Shown: positions 7,653 through 16,523 of the stretch, piece by piece
Layout of the letters: each line of letters opens with the position of its first letter
Position numbering within the stretch: the stretch's first letter is position 1
Source: a virus
Taxonomy: Duplodnaviria > Caudoviricetes
Direction: 5' to 3' (one strand)
Length of the DNA: 24,066 nucleotides
Virus record (IMG/VR): IMGVR_UViG_3300020399_000009
Location: 1-24,066 of that record
The notes under the pieces: model-generated
What the model saw: only the letters and a program-made list of their open reading frames with translations
What the model was told of the DNA's origin: nothing
Database searches by the model: none
Program-made: the position numbers and the translations under genes

Positions 7653-7685
7653 CATCAATCATCAAATCAAAAACCGAATAGAACA

Positions 7686-8798
7686 ATGAAACATTTTAAA
7701 CCACTTAACCTGCTGTATAACGCACTGATCATCTTTGTCGTTGCAGCTGTATTTTTCGGCGCAACTCCTATGGTGGCCGGAGCCTCAATAGCTGCCGGAG
7801 CGATCACCGGAACCGCAATGTCGTTTGTAGACACCGGACTTGCTTTTATGGCCATCCAGAAGGAAATCTGGCAGAACCATATCGAGCAGGAAATCTTTAA
7901 GGACAACAGCTTCTTAAGGATGTCACATAATGCCGACGCTAATGTTATAGGCTCTCGTGCGGTTCACATCCCTCAATCTGGAGGCAGTGGCAAGGTTGTC
8001 AAAAACAGAAGCTCACTACCTGCGACAGTTCGTAAGCGTACCGATACAGATATTATCTATTTACTGGATGAGTACACTACTGATCCTGTAGTTATTCCAC
8101 ACGCTGACACGCAAGAGCTGAGCTACGATAAGCGTAATAGTGTATTGAGCGAAGACCGCGACAAGCTTGTAGAAACGGTAGCTGAAGAAACCATTCAAAA
8201 CTGGTTAAAGTCTCCTGTTTATGGAGCTTACGGAGCAACAAGCTTGCCAGCTGGTAACTTATTAACTGCTACCGGCGCCGATGTACCTGCCAGCGCACCA
8301 AGTGCAACGGGAACTCGAAAAGGGATGAGCTTAAATGACCTACAACGCATGCAGACCTATTTCCGTACCAAAAAGCGCTGGTATAATGGTCAAATGTATG
8401 CGCTTTTAACGCCTACCGATCTTGCCACGTGTTTCCCTGCGGATAGTGTTGTAACCGCAACTTATATGCAAAACGTAACCGAAGAGGAGCGTCGTATGGG
8501 GGTTATTCTTAAAGCCCAAGGCTGGAACATCATGAGCCGTTCAACTGTAGCCAGCGTAACCGCTGCGGGTGCATTAAATGCTCCGGGTGCGGTAGGTGCC
8601 GCAACAGACGATGAGGCATCACTATTTTGGTATAAAGATGCTGTAGAATATGCCTTTGGAGGTGTAGTTGCTTTTGAGCAGCCGGGCGCGCCAGAGTACT
8701 ACGGTGATCTATATTCCTTCTTAGTTCGATCTGGTGGTCGGGCAAGACGTGCAGACTATGCGGGTATTGCCTTACTACGTCAAGGTAAAACAGCCTAA
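7686..8798 (+). CDS. Major capsid protein with ~54-aa hydrophobic N-terminal extension
   Basis: Follows the protease; AIQKEIW, VHIPQ, ELSYDKRNSVL patterns; size typical of an HK97-fold capsid. Confidence 0.8.
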   Translation: MKHFKPLNLLYNALIIFVVAAVFFGATPMVAGASIAAGAITGTAMSFVDTGLAFMAIQKEIWQNHIEQEIFKDNSFLRMSHNADANVIGSRAVHIPQSGGSGKVVKNRSSLPATVRKRTDTDIIYLLDEYTTDPVVIPHADTQELSYDKRNSVLSEDRDKLVETVAEETIQNWLKSPVYGAYGATSLPAGNLLTATGADVPASAPSATGTRKGMSLNDLQRMQTYFRTKKRWYNGQMYALLTPTDLATCFPADSVVTATYMQNVTEEERRMGVILKAQGWNIMSRSTVASVTAAGALNAPGAVGAATDDEASLFWYKDAVEYAFGGVVAFEQPGAPEYYGDLYSFLVRSGGRARRADYAGIALLRQGKTA

Positions 8799-8803
8799 AT
8801 ATA

Positions 8804-8836
8804 ATTAGCCCAAGCCCTTCACGGGGCTGGGCTAAT
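8804..8836 (+). terminator. Strong hairpin after the capsid gene (mRNA stabiliser or partial terminator)
   Basis: ATTAGCCC-A-AGCCCT / GGGGCT-GGGCTAAT; no T-tract; ends 7 nt before the holin ATG. Confidence 0.5.
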
Positions 8837-8843
8837 CTACACT

Positions 8844-9437
8844 ATGCAAACCTCTAATCAACTTACAACACTGGTGTTTAGTCTGGTCAAAAAAGCATTT
8901 ACCTATCAGGACGGCGCGCTTGTCGTACTGGTTTTGCCCGGCTCATTTGGTGCAAAAAAGTTGATTGCTGAGTTAACGAGAGACATCAGCCTTAAGGATA
9001 TGACAATGCCGCTTTTGGCCTTTGGTGTCCTTACGATCTTATACATACTGGTGAGTATTGCCGACTTCTATACCGGAACACGAGCCTCAGCAAAAGAGCA
9101 TCTAATATCAACGGGATCACCCCGCGGCTATATGAAAAGCGATAAGCTGTGGAGCAGCGTCTGGAAGTTTGCCGGCGTAATACTTATAGCAAGCATCTTA
9201 ACCGTGTTTTGCCTCTTGTTTCTTTTGGTAGGTCTCACTTGGCTTTATGATGGGTTTCTGTTTGCAATAATCGCATTCTACTTTGTGGTGATCAGTTTTG
9301 ACCTGCACAGCATTGGCGAGAACCAGTTGAGACGCTTTGGTAAAAAACCAAGCTTTTACAGCTTTATTGATAAGGTGTCGGTAGCCATACGCACCGGCTT
9401 GATCGAGAAAGCTTCAAAACTATTTGACAAATGGTAG
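8844..9437 (+). CDS. Putative holin
   Basis: 3-4 hydrophobic segments, basic C-terminus, overlaps the endolysin start. Confidence 0.7.
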   Translation: MQTSNQLTTLVFSLVKKAFTYQDGALVVLVLPGSFGAKKLIAELTRDISLKDMTMPLLAFGVLTILYILVSIADFYTGTRASAKEHLISTGSPRGYMKSDKLWSSVWKFAGVILIASILTVFCLLFLLVGLTWLYDGFLFAIIAFYFVVISFDLHSIGENQLRRFGKKPSFYSFIDKVSVAIRTGLIEKASKLFDKW

Positions 9438-9862
9438 GCAGTACAGATTGCATACATAAATACGGCGAACCCACTCCGGCTATGGAGCGCAAATGGTTAA
9501 CGCTTTGGGATGTACCTGACGCAATTAACCGCGAGCTTCCGGTAATACCTAATAAAATCTATTGTAACCGCGATCTCATAGCACCGCTTGAAAATGCCTT
9601 TTGGAATATCATTTCAAACTGCCTTCAGGACGAGGTCAAGACTTGGGACGGCTGCTTTAATGTGCGTTTAGTGCGTGGTGGCAAAACGTGGTCACTTCAT
9701 TCCTGGGCAATTGCGATTGACATCAACGCCGCGTGGAATGGTTTGGGAAAAGAACCGCAAATGAGTAAAGAGCTGGTTAAGTGTTTTACTGATGCCGGCT
9801 TTGATTGGGGCGGCAACTGGAAACGTAAAGACGGAATGCATTTTCAACTTAAACAGATATGA
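9431..9862 (+). CDS. Endolysin, peptidase M15 family
   Basis: FNVR...SLHSWAIAIDIN...FDWGGNW...DGMHFQ zinc-binding motifs. Confidence 0.9.
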   Translation: MVGSTDCIHKYGEPTPAMERKWLTLWDVPDAINRELPVIPNKIYCNRDLIAPLENAFWNIISNCLQDEVKTWDGCFNVRLVRGGKTWSLHSWAIAIDINAAWNGLGKEPQMSKELVKCFTDAGFDWGGNWKRKDGMHFQLKQI

Positions 9863-10377
9863 AAAAACACATTGTAATACGCTGGATCGCCCGCATTGCT
9901 TTGGCTTTGGTTACCGTATTGTTGATCCTTTCAGCTGGAGGCTGTAAAAGCAAGGCTACGCTAACCGAAAGTACAACGGTACGCGATAGCACGGTGACCA
10001 CCGTAACTGTAGTACCACGCGACACGCTGGTTAAGGTTCCGGGAGACAGTCTCAGGTTAACCACGACCATTGCAGAGCTGCGCAAAGCGCTTTACATCAC
10101 CGAGACGCGCAACCGTGTAATGGCAGCGATAGGATTGCAAGGTGATAGCCTAACAGTAGATTGTAAGATTGATTCCCTATTGCTGGAGCTTGAGCTGCGA
10201 GATACCACCATCAACACCTTGCGCGATCGACTTGAGAAAACTGAAACCGTGGAGAATGTGCCTGAAAAGTACGTGCCGTTTTTGGTCAAGCTCTTGGCTT
10301 GGGTAGGCGGTTTGACCCTTGTTTATTTAGGCTTTAAAGCCGCTTTAACCTATTTCAAAATCAAAATACCATTTTAG
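9859..10377 (+). CDS. Lipoprotein, probable unimolecular spanin
   Basis: Signal peptide with lipobox-like SAGGC, beta-rich middle, C-terminal transmembrane helix; third gene of the lysis cassette. Confidence 0.65.
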   Translation: MKKHIVIRWIARIALALVTVLLILSAGGCKSKATLTESTTVRDSTVTTVTVVPRDTLVKVPGDSLRLTTTIAELRKALYITETRNRVMAAIGLQGDSLTVDCKIDSLLLELELRDTTINTLRDRLEKTETVENVPEKYVPFLVKLLAWVGGLTLVYLGFKAALTYFKIKIPF

Positions 10378-10378
10378 T

Positions 10379-10900
10379 ATGAAACCAGAAGAAATCGCGA
10401 AATCAATATTCGCACGCAACCCGGAAATTAAAGAGCTACACATCACTGCCGATGGTCAGGCCTTTCGTGACTTACACGCAGCCGAAAGCCACGCACAGCG
10501 CTCTAAAGATCAAAAGATCGCAAGCATCAAGCGTGACGGTAAAGCCAAAGAGCAGACTCCAGACGCTGATCCTGATAAGAGCTTTGCAGACAACGCCCAG
10601 AAAGTGGCCAAAGCTGCAAAGGTAAAAGATACGGTGAACCCTGATAGTCCGGCGGCAGCTGCGCAAAAAGCAAACGACACTGACGCAGACGCAGAAGGTG
10701 ACGATACCACAGAAGACAATGTACTGGAGGCGATCCTTGACGGCAACGTTAGCCAAACTACTGAGCGCCTGCAAACCCTTGAGGAAGTAGAAGCACTTGA
10801 GAAGTTATCAACTCTTGAAAAGGAAGGTGACAACCGCAAAGGCGTTCACGAGGCTATCGCAGCCCGTAAAGAAGCAATTACTAACCCTAAAGAAGACTAA
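10379..10900 (+). CDS. Hypothetical phage protein with acidic low-complexity linker and short C-terminal helical domain
   Basis: 173 aa; tight spacing in the operon; C-terminal LEKEGDNRKGVHEAI motif. Confidence 0.7.
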   Translation: MKPEEIAKSIFARNPEIKELHITADGQAFRDLHAAESHAQRSKDQKIASIKRDGKAKEQTPDADPDKSFADNAQKVAKAAKVKDTVNPDSPAAAAQKANDTDADAEGDDTTEDNVLEAILDGNVSQTTERLQTLEEVEALEKLSTLEKEGDNRKGVHEAIAARKEAITNPKED

Positions 10901-10903
10901 GCA

Positions 10904-11422
10904 ATGCCAAAGTATAGATATGGTCTCGCGAGCCTTAAAATCGACGACATTAATGAGGCAGACGGCTTGGGTGCCGGTAGCCCTACAGAACTGAAAGACG
11001 ACGTCTATCGTGACACGTTCAACATTGTTGAGGAGGAAGGTACTTCAACCCCTGTTTACAATGAGATGGACGTAGACCCGGTGATGGAGTTCACCGAGAA
11101 AGGTAGAATTTCTGCAACGCTCCAGATTATGGACACCAGCGTAGATACACTTGCCCTGCTTTGTGGCGGTGAAGTGGTAACCGTTGCCGGAACTTCCAAA
11201 ACGTGGAGCCGTCCTTCAGAAAACCTTCACGTTGAGAAACGCCTTGAATTTGAAACCCAAGATGGTTACAAGATCATCATACCTCGTGGGCGTGTAAATG
11301 CACGAATCAATCACCAAGTGCGCCGTAACGGTATTGCGCTTGTTGATGTGACTATTATGGCTCTTAAGCCATTGGTTGACGGTTTGGCTGCATTTGATAT
11401 GGTAGAACCAATTGAAGCGTAA
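10904..11422 (+). CDS. Major tail tube protein
   Basis: 172 aa beta-rich; KIIIPRGRVNA motif; upstream of chaperone and tape measure. Confidence 0.75.
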   Translation: MPKYRYGLASLKIDDINEADGLGAGSPTELKDDVYRDTFNIVEEEGTSTPVYNEMDVDPVMEFTEKGRISATLQIMDTSVDTLALLCGGEVVTVAGTSKTWSRPSENLHVEKRLEFETQDGYKIIIPRGRVNARINHQVRRNGIALVDVTIMALKPLVDGLAAFDMVEPIEA

Positions 11423-11919
11423 TGAAAACCGAGCATAAAGAAAATCCGGCAACGGAGCATCTCGCTGCTCAAACCATCCTACATAGGGGCGTCAAGGTAA
11501 AAGTTGCCGCCCCTTTTTTTCTAAGATGGTTTGGTAAGCGCACAATAACGCTGAAGCTCACCTCTCCTTATGAGGGCACCATGTACCGCGTGGCTGCATA
11601 TTACCTGAGCACCGGCCTTAAAGATCATAAGCTGGAAAATACCAGCACAGAAGAGGCTTTGGCATTGATGAGCCTACACGGTAAAAGCATAAGCAAAGCG
11701 GTGGCTTGTGCCATTCTTAACGGCTACTGGAGTGGCAAACTCTTTACGCGCTTATTAGCGTGGTACCTGCGATGGCATTGCAAACCGCGTGAACTTTTTG
11801 CACTCACCACCGCATTGCTAATTTACGGTGGTACCGCGGATTTTATGAGTACTACCAGATCGGTTCGCAAGATGAAACTGACGACTCCGAATCTGGGTCA
11901 GAACAATCAGGGGAGTTAA
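11422..11919 (+). CDS. Tail assembly chaperone (gpG-like)
   Basis: Between tube and tape measure; overlapped by a start-less -1 frame ORF. Confidence 0.75.
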   Translation: MKTEHKENPATEHLAAQTILHRGVKVKVAAPFFLRWFGKRTITLKLTSPYEGTMYRVAAYYLSTGLKDHKLENTSTEEALALMSLHGKSISKAVACAILNGYWSGKLFTRLLAWYLRWHCKPRELFALTTALLIYGGTADFMSTTRSVRKMKLTTPNLGQNNQGS

Positions 11920-12137
11920 AGCAAACCGGCTTACATAGCCCTTGGGGATTATTATACCAGATTATAAAGGAAACCGGCTGGACGTGGCATTATGTGCTGT
12001 GGAAAGTTTCCCGAGCAAACCTCCTGCTTATGATGGCAGATCGTGCCGGATTTAAGCACGTTGAAAAAGAAGACCAAGTAATTGAAGACACAGGCGCAGG
12101 CCTGTTTAACCGTATCAAAAAAGGTGGAAAGAATTGA
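11844..12137 (+). CDS. Tail assembly chaperone gpT-like segment, probably expressed as a G-T fusion by -1 frameshift (absent from ORF track)
   Basis: -1 frame open 11793-12134: YEYYQIG...LHSPWGLLYQIIKETGWTWHYVLWKVSRANLLLMMAD...GGKN*; G GAT TTT at 11838-11844. Confidence 0.7.
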   Translation, partial: YEYYQIGSQDETDDSESGSEQSGELKQTGLHSPWGLLYQIIKETGWTWHYVLWKVSRANLLLMMADRAGFKHVEKEDQVIEDTGAGLFNRIKKGGKN

Positions 12138-15100
12138 CCCTATAGACATTGAGTTTTTGATCAACTCACCTGAGGCAAAAGCCGAAGCCCAAAAGGTACG
12201 CGATTACCTTAAGAAGATTGGGCAGGAGGCCGAATTGAGTCAGGCAGAGATCAATGATCTATTGGCAAAGCTCAAAGCTTTGGAAGCGACTCCGGGTTTG
12301 GATGTACCGGCTAAAAAAGCCGCCAAAGCAAAAAGCACGTTTAACGGCCTCGGGAATTCAATCAACCAGATCACCCGCGAACTTCCCGCCTTTACCTATT
12401 CTGCCCAAACCGGGTTCTTGGCACTATCCAACAACATCCCCATTCTCGCCGATGAGATTGGTCGCCTCCGAAAAGAAAACGACGAATTGGTCGCCAGTGG
12501 TAAAAAAGGGGTGCCGGTTTGGAAAAGTGTTATTGGTAACCTTTTTAGCTGGAATGTTGCCTTGTCATTAGGTATTACGCTAGTTACCGTTTATGGTAAG
12601 GAAATAGCCAATTTCTTTAGTGAGTTATTCAAAGGTCGTACCGCTATTGATGAGCATACCAAAAGTGTTGAAGCGCTCAATAAAGCCTACGAATCTAACG
12701 AGTATCAAAAGGTTATTAAAGACCTGATCGAGTTACGGTCGAACATCAAGTTGGCTAAAGATGGAGTTATTGATAAAAAAGTGGCTCTGGATCAGTTTAA
12801 TAAAACATTAGGTAAGGTTACTACTGAAACCCAAGACCTAAACGAGGCTGAACGTATTGTGGTCGAAAAATCACCCGCGTACATTGAGGCAATGCTATAC
12901 AAGACCGCTGCTACCCTTGCCGCCGCTGATGCAGCCAAGCAGCTTGCTGATAATGCTCTAAAGCAATTTGAGACAGAGGAAAAGATAGCAGCAAAACAAA
13001 AAGAAGAGGCTGAGGCTCGTGCAAAAGGGGTTTCAACAGCTTCACAAGCTCAAGGTAATTTTACCAACCTAGCAGCTAATAGTGCCGCCTTTCGTCAGAA
13101 GGTTCTGGCCGACGAGCTTGACGAGTTGGAGAAGGAAGCTGACGAGATTGCAAAAAAAGGTGATGATATAGTTTCAAAACTTAAAGAGCGTGCTGCTGCA
13201 ATTAGAAAAGCTGCGGGATTAACTGATGAGGATGGTAACCCAGACCCCCTTCGAAAAGAAATTAACGAGCGTAAAAAGCTGCTTGAGAAGATTGCAGACC
13301 TTGACCGAGAATATGCACGCAAGCAACTGGATCGGGATGCCCAAGAGCTGCAAGCCCTGCGCGATAAGTTTGCAAAAGTGCGTGCATTGATCGAGGAGTT
13401 TAATGCTGACCCAAAAAATGCAAAGGCTAAAATTGATCTTACTGGGCTGGGTGCCCTTCAAGAAACTGCCGAAGCAGATCTGATTTACAAACAAGACACC
13501 CGATCACTCAAAAAGGAACTTGAGACGCAAAAAGAGCTGTATCGTGAATTTGAAGAGTACCGCAAACTCTTTGGTACCAAAAAAGCTAAGGAGCGCTACA
13601 AAAACGAACTAGGAGCATTTGAAGACTATGCTTCATATTTAAAAGATGTTGTAGATCGCAATAAGGATGCATTTGATGCAGTAGATGCCGGTACCGCTAC
13701 AGGAGGTCAAGCAGAACGTATGCGCTTACTGGATGAGCAATTGAGTGCTGAGCAAAAAAGACAAAGTCAGCATCTTGATACGCTGCTTTCTGACTTTTTG
13801 AGCTATGAACAAGAACGTGCAAAAATTGTAGAACGCTATAACGAGATACGCCAAGCACTACAAGAAGACAACCGCGGTTTTGATGCTGATAAACTCGATC
13901 GAGAGTTTCAGGCTGAGCTTGACAAACTTGATCTTGCTCAGATCAAAGTAGACGAGCGTTACAAGGCGCTTTATGGAGATATACGTGGGATGGGTGAAAA
14001 GGCTATTCAACAGATTATAGTTAAAGCCCGAGAAATGGTCAATGCGCTTGAGCGGGAAGGCAAAGTCAGTACCGAGATCATCGCTACAATTAACAAGCAG
14101 ATTGATGCCTTAGAAGCAGGCGGTTCTGACCGCCAAGCTACTCGACTTAGAGAGCTTGCTTATATGTTTCAGGAAGTGGGTAACTCTATTGGGGGCGTAT
14201 TTGGTGATATCGTTGATGACATTGCAAATACTGTTGGCCTGTTGAGTAATGCGCTTCAGGTAATGAATAATGACACCGCGAGTGGCCTTACCAAAATCAC
14301 CAGTATGATTGGGCTATTTACCACTGCCTACAACCTATTAAATAAAGCGGTACAATGGCTAAATAGAGATAAGGAACTTGAAGCCCAACAGCAAATTAAC
14401 GAGTCGTTACTAGAACGCATTAAAGTTGAGCAAAAGCTAAATGAGATACACCGAGAGCGTAATGAATTGATACGCGAGGCAAATGTTTTGCTTGACTCGT
14501 ATTATAAAGACGATTATGCGTCGGCTGTGCGCCAACAGGCTGAAATGTTAGCCACAATGGAGGACAGTATCGCGGCTTTAGCTTCAGGAGCTTTAGTGGA
14601 AGGAACCGGAAGAACCAGCGGTTTTTTTGGTATTGGTGCAAAGGATAAACAATACAATTTTAACCTTAATGAGGTTTTAGGATTTATAACTGGCGATAAC
14701 AGTTTAGGGTATGGAGACGTCTCAAACGGCACCCGCCTTGATGCTTTTATTGATACCACTAATGCGGTTGAAGATATCCTAAATAAAATGGGAAAAACCG
14801 CTCAAGATGTGGCACGGTTTACTTCGGCAGAGTGGATGGACTTTTTTGAGCTGCTGGATGCTTCCGGTAGGATTACTGAAGAAACGACTAAGGAGCTTCT
14901 TGACACTGCCCGGGAGTCGCTGCAAGAATACCAAGCGGCTTTAGAAGAAATGCGCGGTATCATTCGCGATTTTGCCGGTGATCTTAGTAGTCAGCTTAGC
15001 ACTTCATTACAGGACGCATTTCGCACCGGTGAGGATGCCGCAGAGCATTTTCGACAGAGTATCAACCGCGTATTGCTCAACATCTTTATGCAGGACTTAA

Positions 15101-15618
15101 TCAACCAGCAGTTCCGCCAGTTCTTTAATTCGCTTCAGGAAGAAATGGAAGCCTCAATGGGCGTGGGTGGTGATCAAAACTGGATTGATGACATTAAGCG
15201 CTTTTCAGACCAGATCACGCCGCGCCTTGATGCAGCAATGGAGGCGATGCAAATTTTTGACGACGAGTTGCAGGCAGCAGGTTACGAGGGCTTTGGTTCT
15301 AGTGATTCAGCTGCGGCAAGCGGCCTACAAGGTGCAATACGCCGCGAGATGACCGAAGAGACCGCAAGCGAGTTAACCGGTCTTTTCCGTGGGCAGTATG
15401 ATATCACAAAAAAGCATTTTCAGCTTTCTGAGCGCTGGTTTGCAATGGAGCAAAAGTGTTGCGACGCTACGATGAGCATAATGGCCAGCAACGCACTCAT
15501 AGAAGAAAACACCCGCAACACTGTAATACAGGTAATGTATGCGGTGGCTGAGCTTAAAACTATTTCAAAACAAACCAAGTCGGCTTCTGGTCGTGACTTA
15601 GGAAAACCCGGAGGATAA
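12124..15618 (+). CDS. Tail tape measure protein
   Basis: Long helical/coiled-coil protein with hydrophobic segments; GTG at 12124 after an A-run preferred to TTG at 12082. Confidence 0.88.
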   Translation: MERIDPIDIEFLINSPEAKAEAQKVRDYLKKIGQEAELSQAEINDLLAKLKALEATPGLDVPAKKAAKAKSTFNGLGNSINQITRELPAFTYSAQTGFLALSNNIPILADEIGRLRKENDELVASGKKGVPVWKSVIGNLFSWNVALSLGITLVTVYGKEIANFFSELFKGRTAIDEHTKSVEALNKAYESNEYQKVIKDLIELRSNIKLAKDGVIDKKVALDQFNKTLGKVTTETQDLNEAERIVVEKSPAYIEAMLYKTAATLAAADAAKQLADNALKQFETEEKIAAKQKEEAEARAKGVSTASQAQGNFTNLAANSAAFRQKVLADELDELEKEADEIAKKGDDIVSKLKERAAAIRKAAGLTDEDGNPDPLRKEINERKKLLEKIADLDREYARKQLDRDAQELQALRDKFAKVRALIEEFNADPKNAKAKIDLTGLGALQETAEADLIYKQDTRSLKKELETQKELYREFEEYRKLFGTKKAKERYKNELGAFEDYASYLKDVVDRNKDAFDAVDAGTATGGQAERMRLLDEQLSAEQKRQSQHLDTLLSDFLSYEQERAKIVERYNEIRQALQEDNRGFDADKLDREFQAELDKLDLAQIKVDERYKALYGDIRGMGEKAIQQIIVKAREMVNALEREGKVSTEIIATINKQIDALEAGGSDRQATRLRELAYMFQEVGNSIGGVFGDIVDDIANTVGLLSNALQVMNNDTASGLTKITSMIGLFTTAYNLLNKAVQWLNRDKELEAQQQINESLLERIKVEQKLNEIHRERNELIREANVLLDSYYKDDYASAVRQQAEMLATMEDSIAALASGALVEGTGRTSGFFGIGAKDKQYNFNLNEVLGFITGDNSLGYGDVSNGTRLDAFIDTTNAVEDILNKMGKTAQDVARFTSAEWMDFFELLDASGRITEETTKELLDTARESLQEYQAALEEMRGIIRDFAGDLSSQLSTSLQDAFRTGEDAAEHFRQSINRVLLNIFMQDLINQQFRQFFNSLQEEMEASMGVGGDQNWIDDIKRFSDQITPRLDAAMEAMQIFDDELQAAGYEGFGSSDSAAASGLQGAIRREMTEETASELTGLFRGQYDITKKHFQLSERWFAMEQKCCDATMSIMASNALIEENTRNTVIQVMYAVAELKTISKQTKSASGRDLGKPGG

Positions 15619-16523
15619 TGTACAGCATAAACAACATAGCATTTGAGACCTATGGCATCACCGCCGGGCGTATAGACGGTAGTAATATCGCGTTAAGTGG
15701 ACAGCTTGATATGCCCGCACGTCTTGGCAAAACCTTTCACGACTGGACGGGTGAGGAAGGTGTAGAACCTTATGTGCTTGCAAGCGAAATACGCCATGGT
15801 GGTCGGGATCTTGTTTTCTCGGGTTATGTAGTAGCCACAACCAAAGAACAGGCATACACCCGCCTTGCTGAGTTTTACGATGCTGTAAAAGCTTACGACG
15901 ATCTGGTGACGCTGGCAACGCCTTACGGTTCGTTTGAGGTTTATATTAATGACCAGATCGAAGCCGAACACCTGCAATTGGGTTGGCTGGCCATACGTAT
16001 CACCTTTAGAGAACCGGTGGTGACTTTTGCAGCCAATTTGTTAAGTGGTACCGAAAGTGCCGCGCACCATATCGATGGTGTTTCGCTCAAAGTTTTCGGC
16101 GCGTTTGTAACCGGTTTAAACGACAATTTAACGCTCCCTAAACCGAAGTCGCAAAACGTGACCTTCTACCAAACCGAAGGCTACCAGATCACACCGGCAA
16201 GCGCACACGAGTTTGAAGCTGTGCTGGTATTCTACGCTGACAGCTATGCACTACTCGCGCAGCACGTGCAACAGCTGCACAAGCTACTTGCTGCTCCCGG
16301 TATGCGCCTTGTAAATGTAGATGGCATCCCGCGGGAGTGTTTCAACATTAAAGGTGTTGAAACCCGAAATATAAAAGTGGCTAGTGACTTTGCAATGTGT
16401 GAAGTGACGGTGCCGCTTATGAGCAAACAAACCGGCAAGCCTCTTGAAACTGGTTACCTGCTAGATAATGAATACCATAAGATAGTGACCAACTTATACG
16501 AACTGATTAAAATATACGCGTAA
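15618..16523 (+). CDS. Distal tail (Dit-like) protein with internally duplicated domain
   Basis: Directly after TMP; YSINNIAFETYG and HHIDGVSLKVFG begin two similar halves. Confidence 0.6.
   Translation: MYSINNIAFETYGITAGRIDGSNIALSGQLDMPARLGKTFHDWTGEEGVEPYVLASEIRHGGRDLVFSGYVVATTKEQAYTRLAEFYDAVKAYDDLVTLATPYGSFEVYINDQIEAEHLQLGWLAIRITFREPVVTFAANLLSGTESAAHHIDGVSLKVFGAFVTGLNDNLTLPKPKSQNVTFYQTEGYQITPASAHEFEAVLVFYADSYALLAQHVQQLHKLLAAPGMRLVNVDGIPRECFNIKGVETRNIKVASDFAMCEVTVPLMSKQTGKPLETGYLLDNEYHKIVTNLYELIKIYA

Noticed and set aside
11506-11516. GCCGCCCCTTT in the chaperone mRNA is complementary to 1348-1358 of the putative sRNA
   Set aside because: About one 11-nt match is expected by chance for a ~90-nt query against 24 kb on both strands.
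11511-11520. Second slippery run CCT TTT TTT early in the chaperone gene
   Set aside because: The -1 frame stops within a few codons and no downstream hairpin was seen; it cannot produce the G-T fusion.
12082-12123. TTG start of the tape measure ORF in the ORF track
   Set aside because: It overlaps the gpT-like frame; GTG at 12124 has the A-rich context.
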